The notes under the pieces are model-generated. The model was not told where the DNA came from and ran no database searches. It worked only from the letters and a program-made list of their open reading frames with translations. From Myxococcota bacterium (GTDB taxonomy: Bacteria > Myxococcota > Myxococcia > Myxococcales > Myxococcaceae), in assembly GCA_049322255.1 (NCBI GenBank), contig JBMORE010000182.1, positions 1-53,931 of the forward strand: DNA of 53,931 nt, given 5' to 3'. This document shows positions 1 through 7,665 of the stretch, one piece after another. The first letter of the stretch is position 1, and each line of letters opens with the position of its first letter. The translations under genes were made by a program, and so were the position numbers.

Positions 1-47
1 GCTTGGGGTGCAAGTGGTCGCAGGTTCAAATCCTGTCGCCCCGACCA
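1..47 (+). tRNA. tRNA-Pro(GGG), 5'-truncated by the window edge
   Basis: Anticodon loop TTGGGGT followed by GCAAG, T-arm GCAGG-TTCAAAT-CCTGT, acceptor 3' strand CGCCCCG-A and encoded CCA ending at 47. Confidence 0.92.
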
Positions 48-51
48 TCAA

Positions 52-101
52 GAAGGCCGGACTCGCTGAGGTTTTCTCCGTGGGTCCGGCCTTCGCTGTT
101 T
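52..101 (+). terminator. Stem-loop after tRNA-Pro, probable (bidirectional) intrinsic terminator
   Basis: GAAGGCCGGAC (52-62) pairs with GTCCGGCCTTC (84-94), extendable with G-U pairs; lies between the tRNA and the convergent kinase stop. Confidence 0.6.
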
Positions 102-105
102 CTGC

Positions 106-2202
106 TCAGCCAGCGTCCTCTGGCTTGGGCGGAAACCAAACGTGGAAGACGCTCCCTTTCCCCATTTCGCTCTCCACCCACAGTCGACCATTGTGGGCCT
201 CCACGAGCCCTTTGCTGATGTACAGGCCCAGGCCCAACCCCGTTTTTCTCTCCCGCGCGCGGCGCGCCTGGTAGAACCGGTCGAAGAGTCTCGTCATCTC
301 CTCCGGTGAAATCCCAATGCCGCGATCCCGAACCGACACCTCGACGCCCTCGTCGAGGGTGCTGATGTGCACGGAGATGGGTGAGCCCTCCGCGGAGAAC
401 TTTGCCGCGTTGTCGAGCAGGTTGGTCAGAATCTGATCGAAGCGCAGCGGGTCGACCCACGCTTGCTTGATCGCCGGGGAGCTCGACACCTCGACGGGAT
501 GGCCCGAAAGGGCAGGGCGGATTTGCTCGATGAGCTCCCGCACCGCGCCAGGGACATCGACCCACTTCCGGTCGAGCGCAATGCTGTGAAGCTCGACCCG
601 TGCCGCATCCAGCAGGTCGTTGGTCATCTGCCCCAACCGCCGCGCGTTCTTCTCGATGCCGCGGATGAGCGACACCGGAACGTGAACCGACTCGCCGTCG
701 CCGCGTCGGAGGATGAGATTGCTTTGGAAGATGATGCCCTGCACCGGATCGCGCAGGTCGTGGGCGACAATTCGGGCGAAATCTTCCCGAAGCCGCTCGA
801 GCTCCTTGAAGGCCGAGATGTCCTCGAAAGTCACCACGACGCCAAGAGGCTTCTGGTCGAGCCCGATCACTGGCGCGGCGCTCAAGAGAATGGAGCGCCC
901 TCGTCCATCAGAGCTCACGATCGAGAGCTCCTCATCTTTGACCGTCTGCCCCATGAGAGCTCGGGTCGAGGGGAGGTCGGCCTCCGGCAGCGGCCGTCCA
1001 TCTGGCCGGTGAATCGTTCGGAGGTACTCCCGTGTACCTACGCCCGAGGTCGCGGGCGCTCCCAACAATTGCATCGCCCGCGCGTTCGCCACGACTTCTC
1101 TTGAACGTCCGTCGACGAAGAGAAGCCCGTGGGGCGCGCTGTCGAGAATGATTTGCAGCTGCGCGCGCTGGGCGTCGATCGCCGCGTGGAAATAGGCCTG
1201 CTGAAGGGTGAGGGCGGCCTGAGATGCAAGCAGCCCCACCACCACCTCGTCGTCCTCGGTGAACTCGGCCGCACCCACTTTGTTGCCCAGATAGAGATTT
1301 CCGAGGCTGGTGCCCCGGTAGCGGATGGGAACACCCAGGAGGCTGGTCATCTCGGGGTGGCCGCTGGGGAAGCCCTGGAACGCTGGGTGCGCATGCACAT
1401 CGGGCACCCGTATCACGCGACCTTCTCGCGCCACGACCCCGAGGGTACCCACGGGCCTGGGAAATCTACCTACCGCGGCCACCTGTGCCTCCGTCACGCC
1501 GCTGAACACCCATGGTTCGAAGGGTTTTGTGGGCGACTCGCCCACGCCGAGGGCTCCGAACTGCGCGCCGGTAGCGGCGACCGCATGTTCGACGATGGTC
1601 TGCAGCACAGACTGCAAAAACGCGGGAAGGCTCTCGTCACGCATGCTCGGCCACAGGCGGAACTCGCGCATGACCGCCGCTCGCAGGTGGGTCTCAGGGA
1701 GAATCGCCAGCTTATCGGTGATGGCCACGCTCGCGCGGGTGATGACCTCGACTTTGGCCCTCAGCTGCCGCTCGGCGTCCTGGTCTTGCGCGCGCAAAAG
1801 CGCCAGCGCCAGCAGATTTCCGAGCGCACGAAGGTCGAGCTGTTCATCCGGGCTTGGCCTCCATGCTTCGGTGCATGCAAGCACCAGCACGCCTACCCGC
1901 TTGGCGGCCAGGCGGAGCGGAATCGCCAGCAGCTTTTGCTCCACGTCGGCCTCGATGGTTCCCTGCCGGGCAGACCTGGAAACAAGCCCGGAACGGGCAA
2001 GGTTCTCCGGGACATCACGATGCTGGGCGAGATGGACCGTCTGGGCGCCCTCGTCGACGAGAAAAACCGCAACTCCTCGAGCCCCCATAGACCTCAAGGG
2101 CTCGGCCTCGACGACGAGGTGGAGCACCTGGGCGCAACCCTCAACCTCTCCGAGGAGCTCTGCCATTCGAAGGACAGCGGCGATGAGACGTTCCCCGTGC
2201 AT
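106..2202 (-). CDS. Cytoplasmic sensor histidine kinase, GAF-GAF-PAS-HisKA-HATPase
   Basis: H-box AHDLRDP, N-box NLLDNAAKF, G1 DRGIGI, G2 GLGLGL; PAS-like LDSAPHGLLFVD...ANARA; start moved to ATG 2202 (MHGERL) to avoid overlapping the divergent gene. Confidence 0.9.
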   Translation of the reverse strand: MHGERLIAAVLRMAELLGEVEGCAQVLHLVVEAEPLRSMGARGVAVFLVDEGAQTVHLAQHRDVPENLARSGLVSRSARQGTIEADVEQKLLAIPLRLAAKRVGVLVLACTEAWRPSPDEQLDLRALGNLLALALLRAQDQDAERQLRAKVEVITRASVAITDKLAILPETHLRAAVMREFRLWPSMRDESLPAFLQSVLQTIVEHAVAATGAQFGALGVGESPTKPFEPWVFSGVTEAQVAAVGRFPRPVGTLGVVAREGRVIRVPDVHAHPAFQGFPSGHPEMTSLLGVPIRYRGTSLGNLYLGNKVGAAEFTEDDEVVVGLLASQAALTLQQAYFHAAIDAQRAQLQIILDSAPHGLLFVDGRSREVVANARAMQLLGAPATSGVGTREYLRTIHRPDGRPLPEADLPSTRALMGQTVKDEELSIVSSDGRGRSILLSAAPVIGLDQKPLGVVVTFEDISAFKELERLREDFARIVAHDLRDPVQGIIFQSNLILRRGDGESVHVPVSLIRGIEKNARRLGQMTNDLLDAARVELHSIALDRKWVDVPGAVRELIEQIRPALSGHPVEVSSSPAIKQAWVDPLRFDQILTNLLDNAAKFSAEGSPISVHISTLDEGVEVSVRDRGIGISPEEMTRLFDRFYQARRARERKTGLGLGLYISKGLVEAHNGRLWVESEMGKGSVFHVWFPPKPEDAG

Positions 2203-2248
2203 ATCTTTGACAAGATGGTGCTGAGCACCCCAGCCGCAAGGGAACGCG

Positions 2249-2692
2249 ATGGCGAACCTTCTCTTGGTCGATGACGATCTGGACATGGCAAATGCCTTCG
2301 CCGACGTCCTCCGGGCGGAAGGCCACTCGGTCTCTCTGGCCCGAAACGGGCAGGAGGGGTTGGTGCTTCTTGGCAAACAAAAGCCCGAGCTCATCATTTG
2401 CGATGTCGAGATGCCTGTCCTGAACGGGCCGGACATGGCCCTGGAGATTTTTCTCAAGGACGCCGGCGATGCGCTGATTCCGATTCTCTTGGCCAGTGGA
2501 GTCGCCGATCTTCACCGCATTGCCGACCAGGTCGGAACCCCGTACTACTTGGCCAAACCTTTCACGGTCGAACAGCTGCTGGACACGCTGAGCCGGGCAC
2601 TGCGCGAGCGGAGGCCGCCGCAGCCCAAAGCTCGTGCCGCCAAAGGCAGCCCGCTCACCGTCGCACCAGCAGGGCGGCGATCCGGCCACTAA
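2249..2692 (+). CDS. Single-domain response regulator (CheY-like)
   Basis: LLLVDDD, ICDVEMPVLNG, LAKPF receiver motifs. Confidence 0.9.
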   Translation: MANLLLVDDDLDMANAFADVLRAEGHSVSLARNGQEGLVLLGKQKPELIICDVEMPVLNGPDMALEIFLKDAGDALIPILLASGVADLHRIADQVGTPYYLAKPFTVEQLLDTLSRALRERRPPQPKARAAKGSPLTVAPAGRRSGH

Positions 2693-4130
2693 ACACTTCG
2701 GCTCCCAGCACGCGGGTGAGCTCCTCGACCGATCGCGCGCCAGGCTCGGTGATCCGCAAGGCGAGCAACGAGGCGACTGCTCGCAGGAGCGACGAGAGCG
2801 CAAAAAGGACGTGCAAGCTCACCGCTGGCTGGCCCAGCACAAAGAAGCGAGCGGGAAGCAGTTGGGCCAACGTGCCCCCGACGAAGGTCGACACGGCGTA
2901 AGCAACCCCTCCGGCCATGGCGAAGGAGGCGAGGTAGAAAGAGCGACTCTCTCGCGGAGCGACGGCCAACGGCAGCTGGAACACCGCCAGCGCGTGCCCG
3001 CTCCACAGCCCCGCCGAGACGACCACATCGAGAGCGATGGGCCACAGAAAGCCTTCGGTCGCCCAAAGCCAGTAGAGGGGAATGATCGAGATTCCGCAGG
3101 AACAAAAGATCAGCACCGGGCGCGCGCCCACCCGGTCCAACATTCGGCCCCATACCGGTCCCATGAGAATACGCACCACCGCCACCGAGGCGCCGTGGAG
3201 CGCGATGAGGGTGAAGCCCATCTTCAAGTTCTCGAGCATGTGCAGCGCAAAGTAAGCCCCGGAGATGCCAATCGCCCCGTTCCAGGCGAGCTGGTAGGCG
3301 AGGAGGGCGCGCGCGCCTGGGTCGCGCAAGGGTGCGAGCGCGGCGGCAATGGTCAGCCGAGGGCAGCTCTTCGACTCCGGCGCGTGCTGGCGCACCATCA
3401 AGAGGGTGGTCACCACCCCAGCCGCGCATGCGAAGAGGGCCAGGCCGGCCAACGCCCACGCTGTCTGGCCCGTCCGCCCGGCCCCATCGAGCACCAGCCC
3501 CGCAATCAGCGACGCCACCGTTCCGGCCAAGGTACACAGCGCGGTGCGGCGACCGAAGTAGCGGCCTCGAATGCGTCGGGGAACCAGGGCTCCCATCCAC
3601 GAGACCCATGCATGGTTGCCCACCACGCCCAGGAGCGCCGCTGCGCCCGCCACCGTCAGCAGCACGGCCTGCTTCCCTCCTTGGGACAGAGGAAGAAAAG
3701 GCAGGGCGACCAACGGCAACAGCGCTTGGCGCGATGCGGCGACCGCCACGATGCACACCTTGCGATTGCCCAGCGCCTCGGAGAGGTAGGCCGACGGTAT
3801 CTGCAAGGCCTGGCTGAGAAAGGGAAGGGCTGACAACAACCCCACCCCCAGCGGACTTAGGCCAAGGTACAGCGCCCAGCCGGTGAGCACGGCGCCGCCG
3901 GCGAAGGCGGTCACCACCTCGGCCGCCATCCCTTCGATGGCGGAAAGGCGAAGGGAGCGGCGCAGCGCCTTCGCAGGCAAGGCTCGTGCGCCGACAGTTC
4001 CAGTCGCCGGAGCCGAGGCGAACGGCGCATGCAACCCGGGCAGCGTGGTGCCGGGCCGAAAGGCCGCTGGCGCCGAAACGAGGGAGGCGGCGCGCCTCAA
4101 CAGCCCGGAAGCGAACGAATGTTTCGACAC
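2655..4130 (-). CDS. MFS transporter
   Basis: Many hydrophobic segments, loop motifs RGRYFGRR and WGRMLDRVGARP; exact start uncertain. Confidence 0.85.
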   Translation of the reverse strand: MSKHSFASGLLRRAASLVSAPAAFRPGTTLPGLHAPFASAPATGTVGARALPAKALRRSLRLSAIEGMAAEVVTAFAGGAVLTGWALYLGLSPLGVGLLSALPFLSQALQIPSAYLSEALGNRKVCIVAVAASRQALLPLVALPFLPLSQGGKQAVLLTVAGAAALLGVVGNHAWVSWMGALVPRRIRGRYFGRRTALCTLAGTVASLIAGLVLDGAGRTGQTAWALAGLALFACAAGVVTTLLMVRQHAPESKSCPRLTIAAALAPLRDPGARALLAYQLAWNGAIGISGAYFALHMLENLKMGFTLIALHGASVAVVRILMGPVWGRMLDRVGARPVLIFCSCGISIIPLYWLWATEGFLWPIALDVVVSAGLWSGHALAVFQLPLAVAPRESRSFYLASFAMAGGVAYAVSTFVGGTLAQLLPARFFVLGQPAVSLHVLFALSSLLRAVASLLALRITEPGARSVEELTRVLGAEVFSGRIAALLVRR

Positions 4131-4288
4131 GACGGCGCTCGAGTCTCAGCGAAACGCGCGGCGGAGCCTGGCACGCGAAAACCACCTGCGGCAATGTAGG
4201 TGCAAAGCGCTGCCCGCAAGTCGGCATTCCGGCGGGTCTTGCCAAGAAGGTCATGCAGTTCAAGACCGCTTGAACTATATGAACCGCC

Positions 4289-5269
4289 ATGGAACCAGCC
4301 ATTCAGTTCGCGGACTTTTTGGGCGACGTGGAGCGGGTGTTGTCGGGGGTGCTCGCCGATGCGCGCAGCGGGCGGCCCGACACGTTGATGGGCGCGGCAC
4401 GGCACTTGTGCATGGGTGGGGGCGGCAAGCGGGCGCGGCCCATTCTGGTGCGCATCTTCGGCGAGGCATGCGGGGTCGGCCCTGAGCGGCTGGTGGACGT
4501 GGCGGTGGCCGCCGAGCTCATTCACTCCGCGAGCCTTTTGCACGACGACGTGGTCGACGCCGGCATGTTCCGGCGCGGGCGCCCGACGGTGAACGCGCGC
4601 TGGGGAAACATCGTCGCGGTGATGACCGGCGACATGCTTCTCGCCGCGGCGTTGATGCGCCTGGCCCAGCTCGATCGGCGCGTCACCGATGGCGCGGTGG
4701 CCACGGTGGCGGAGATGACCCGGGCGGCGATGGCCGAGGTGGAGGCCCGCGGCCAGCTCGAGCTCCCGCTGTCGCGTTTGCGCGAGATCGCCGAGGGGAA
4801 AACGGGAGCGCTCTTCGGCTGGTGCGGGCGGGCCGCCGCCTACGTCGCGGGGGACGGCGAGGCCGCGCGGTGCTTCGACGCGTTCGGCCGCCGGCTGGGG
4901 GTGGCCTTCCAGATCGCCGACGACGTGCGCGACCTGGTGAGCGCCGAGGAGGGCAAGCCGCGCTATGCCGACGTGGCGTCGCGCACCCTCTCGGTGCCGA
5001 TTCTCATCGCCGCCGCCAAGGACAGCGCCTTGCGTCGTCGGCTGCACGACGCCTGGTCGTTTTCGGCGATGACCCCCGAGCGGGTGAGCGAGCTGGGCAC
5101 GGCGATTCTCTGCACCGGCGCGGCGGAGGAGGCGGTGGCCCGCATGGAGGTCGAGATCGAGGCGGCGGTCGACGCCTTGGGCCCTTACGTGTCTTCGCCG
5201 AGCGGGAGCGAGCTGGTCGGCTGGGCGTGGCAGCTGGCGCGCGGGCTCACCATGCGAGCAAGTGCATGA
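4289..5269 (+). CDS. Polyprenyl diphosphate synthase family protein
   Basis: GGKRARP, FARM LLHDDVVD..RRG, GKTG and SARM FQIADDVRD. Confidence 0.92.
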   Translation: MEPAIQFADFLGDVERVLSGVLADARSGRPDTLMGAARHLCMGGGGKRARPILVRIFGEACGVGPERLVDVAVAAELIHSASLLHDDVVDAGMFRRGRPTVNARWGNIVAVMTGDMLLAAALMRLAQLDRRVTDGAVATVAEMTRAAMAEVEARGQLELPLSRLREIAEGKTGALFGWCGRAAAYVAGDGEAARCFDAFGRRLGVAFQIADDVRDLVSAEEGKPRYADVASRTLSVPILIAAAKDSALRRRLHDAWSFSAMTPERVSELGTAILCTGAAEEAVARMEVEIEAAVDALGPYVSSPSGSELVGWAWQLARGLTMRASA

Positions 5270-5826
5270 AGGGTTACCTGTGGACCAACGACGCCGGCCC
5301 CAAGCAAACCGACGGCGGCAAGTTGGCCCGCTGGGAGTCCATCGCCATCGAGGCGGTGGGCAACGTCATCGAGTTTTGGGGGTTCAAGCGCAATATGGGC
5401 CGGGTGTGGGCGCTGCTCTACCTGCGCGGCGAGCCGTTCACCGCCCCGGAGATCGAGAAGGAGCTCTCCTTGTCCAAGGGCGGGGTGTCGATGCTCCTGC
5501 GCGACCTCGAGCGTTGGGGCGTGGTGCACCGGGTGCGCGCGGTGGGGGACGCGGCGTGGCGCTACCGCGCTGAGACCGACCTGGTGCGCATGGTGAGCCG
5601 GGTGGTGGAGGAACGCGAGGCGGGCTTCATCTCCCGTATTCGCGCCGACATCGCCGAAGCGCGCCGGCTTGCGGAGGAGTCGGGCAAGGTGCCCAAAGAG
5701 CGTCTGCAGCGCCTGGCGAAGATGAGCACGCTGGCCGACCAAACGGAGAAGGCGCTCAAGCTGTTCATCCGCACCTCCAAGCTGGACGTGGGCGGTATGT
5801 TCAGCGTGTTTCAGGAGAAGAGCTGA
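5266..5826 (+). CDS. GbsR/MarR-family transcriptional regulator
   Basis: WGFKRNMGRVWALLYL...EIEKELSLSKGGVSMLLRDLERWGVV winged HTH; ATGA overlap with upstream stop. Confidence 0.8.
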   Translation: MKGYLWTNDAGPKQTDGGKLARWESIAIEAVGNVIEFWGFKRNMGRVWALLYLRGEPFTAPEIEKELSLSKGGVSMLLRDLERWGVVHRVRAVGDAAWRYRAETDLVRMVSRVVEEREAGFISRIRADIAEARRLAEESGKVPKERLQRLAKMSTLADQTEKALKLFIRTSKLDVGGMFSVFQEKS

Positions 5827-6347
5827 TGGATGCACACTACGACCAGGTAATGAAGGCTCGAGCGGCGGCCGACGCTGGCGCCCAGCGCCTCTACTTTGCT
5901 TACTCCACCATCCTCGACCGTGCCGCCTTCGAGGAGTGGCGCCATCAGCACGGCTACGATTTCTTCGAGCTTCCCCCAGGGCGAATGGCGGAGGCGGTCG
6001 ATGTCGATTTGGTCTACGACTTTCCCTCGCGCTGGTGGGGCGGACGCGTGGCGGGGCTGGAAGACAAACCGGGCGCGAAGGTGTACGGGCGAGTCTTCGA
6101 AGTGTCCGGCGCCGACTGGCCGATCATTCAGCACAAGGAGGGGGCGGTCACCGGCATGTGCGTCGAGCGCGAGGTGAGCGTGCTCGTCGAGGGGGAACGG
6201 TTGACTGCCACAGCCTTTGTCACCGCCCCTGCGCGACGGACGACCGAAGGCCCCGTCAGTCAGCGTTTCGTCGAGGCGCTGGTGCGCGGCGCCCAGAGCG
6301 CGGGCCTGCCCCAGGCGTACGTGGCGCGGTTAGTATCGGGAACGTGA
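5826..6347 (+). CDS. Gamma-glutamylcyclotransferase-like protein
   Basis: LYFAYS, VYGRVFEV, KEG and ALVRGAQSAGLP..YV motifs; TGATG coupling. Confidence 0.75.
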   Translation: MDAHYDQVMKARAAADAGAQRLYFAYSTILDRAAFEEWRHQHGYDFFELPPGRMAEAVDVDLVYDFPSRWWGGRVAGLEDKPGAKVYGRVFEVSGADWPIIQHKEGAVTGMCVEREVSVLVEGERLTATAFVTAPARRTTEGPVSQRFVEALVRGAQSAGLPQAYVARLVSGT

Positions 6348-6377
6348 AGACAGCGCCCGGACACGAGGTGTCATTTC

Positions 6378-6824
6378 ATGAGGTTGTCGCTGATCGCAGC
6401 AGTGCTTGCCCTGGCCGGTTGCTTCCAGCCTGTTGATCCGAACGCGCGGGTGATCTCCTCCTGCAAGGGAGCCTGCCCCTACGGAGAGTGCGACGACCAG
6501 TGCACCCCTAAAGATGCCGGGTGCAGCACTCCGGAGGACTGTCTCCGTGTCTACAGCTGCTCGAAAGTTGAGGCCAGATCGTGCTCCGCGTACAAGCCGG
6601 AGAGCTTCCCCGTGGGAACCACGCTGCCAACCTGTGCCCAGGTGCCAGGGGAATACTGCGTGACCACAATCGGGGCTTATGGCGCCTCGAAGAGGCTCGC
6701 GATCGAGTGTACCGACGCCGGGGAGGTTGAGACGGACTGTTCCTCCGTGGATCCTTGCGCAGACGGCGGGGCGTCCCCGGGGGCTTGTCGGACCGCCTGC
6801 GGACCCCGGTTCTGCATCAGATAA
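6378..6824 (+). CDS. Cysteine-rich lipoprotein, unknown function
   Basis: Signal peptide with lipobox LAGC, GAGG upstream, 17 Cys in 148 aa. Confidence 0.75.
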   Translation: MRLSLIAAVLALAGCFQPVDPNARVISSCKGACPYGECDDQCTPKDAGCSTPEDCLRVYSCSKVEARSCSAYKPESFPVGTTLPTCAQVPGEYCVTTIGAYGASKRLAIECTDAGEVETDCSSVDPCADGGASPGACRTACGPRFCIR

Positions 6825-7050
6825 GCAGCACGCAGCTAGTCATGTTGCTGCGCGCTGGGAAGGCGGTGCACCGAACGCCGCCACGCTCGGTACGGCAAGT
6901 GGGCACTTGGTCCGAAACTCCAGGCTTGAGCTGCCGGTCGCGCAATGAATCGATCCGAGGCTCGGGGTCGGCCGGAGGCGACTGGCTACCCAACTTGGGG
7001 GCCGCCCTGGGGCCTCATTGGCGGGCGCTTTGTTTAGTAGTCGTGTACAG

Positions 7051-7072
7051 AAATATTACTTAAAATATTACT
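7051..7072. repeat. AT-rich direct repeat AAATATTACT x2
   Basis: Copies at 7051-7060 and 7063-7072, each containing palindrome AATATT, in an AT-rich patch unusual for this window. Confidence 0.7.
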
Positions 7073-7255
7073 AGCGATGACGCATTAAGAGAAACAGTCC
7101 CCGCTGGCCCACCCAGGGTCAACCGGTTTGGGGCGGCACTCAAGCGGGGTGGGGAGCACGGGCCCCGACTCTCCCGAACCACGTCGGTCGCACTCTCGGA
7201 GGTCGACGAATCCCCGGACGCGTGCTTTAGGTTCATCCCGGCACTTCCCGCCGCC

Positions 7256-7480
7256 GTGGCGCGGGCATTGGTCTCATTGAAGCAGTGGCTCATCGACCGT
7301 CTCGTCACCGATTTCGCCGAATGGCGGCTGTTTGGCTCGTTCGCTCGCGGCGAGCAGCAAGAGGAGAGCGACATAGACGTACTGGTTGCCAAGCGGGGCT
7401 CGCGCCGTAAGTACCAGCAAATGGTCGAGGACGAGATCGGTTTCGCGCCGGCTGTGGAGGAAGAAGGAATCGTCGTATGA
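7256..7480 (+). pseudogene. Minimal nucleotidyltransferase (MNT) antitoxin-like gene, short or degenerate
   Basis: LFGSFARGEQQEESDIDVLV (GS-x10-DxD) and C-terminal EEGIVV; ATGA overlap with next gene. Confidence 0.7.
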
Positions 7481-7665
7481 CGCCGCTCGAGCCAGAATTC
7501 CTCAGCGTCCTTGGCAGCGTGGAGCATGACCGCGAGATCGCGGACTACGCCATCGACAAGGAGGTCACGGCGGATGACGTACGGCAGGACGTCGAGCAGA
7601 CTCGTCGCTTCCTCGAACGGATCGAGGCGTTGTGGAGTATGCACGCCTGCTACTGCTCGCTCGTC
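7477..7665 (+). pseudogene. HEPN-domain protein remnant (C-terminal half only)
   Basis: DREIADY...ADDVRQDVEQTRRFLERIEAL resembles a HEPN C-terminus; N-terminal helices missing; frame runs on into glgB to 7782. Confidence 0.6.

Noticed and set aside
7039..7066. Possible dif (XerCD) site in the AT-rich patch
   Set aside because: TTACTTAAAAT only partly matches a XerD arm and the XerC arm position does not match
1..7665. Integrative element at tRNA-Pro
   Set aside because: No integrase or transposase, and no duplicated tRNA 3' end was seen downstream
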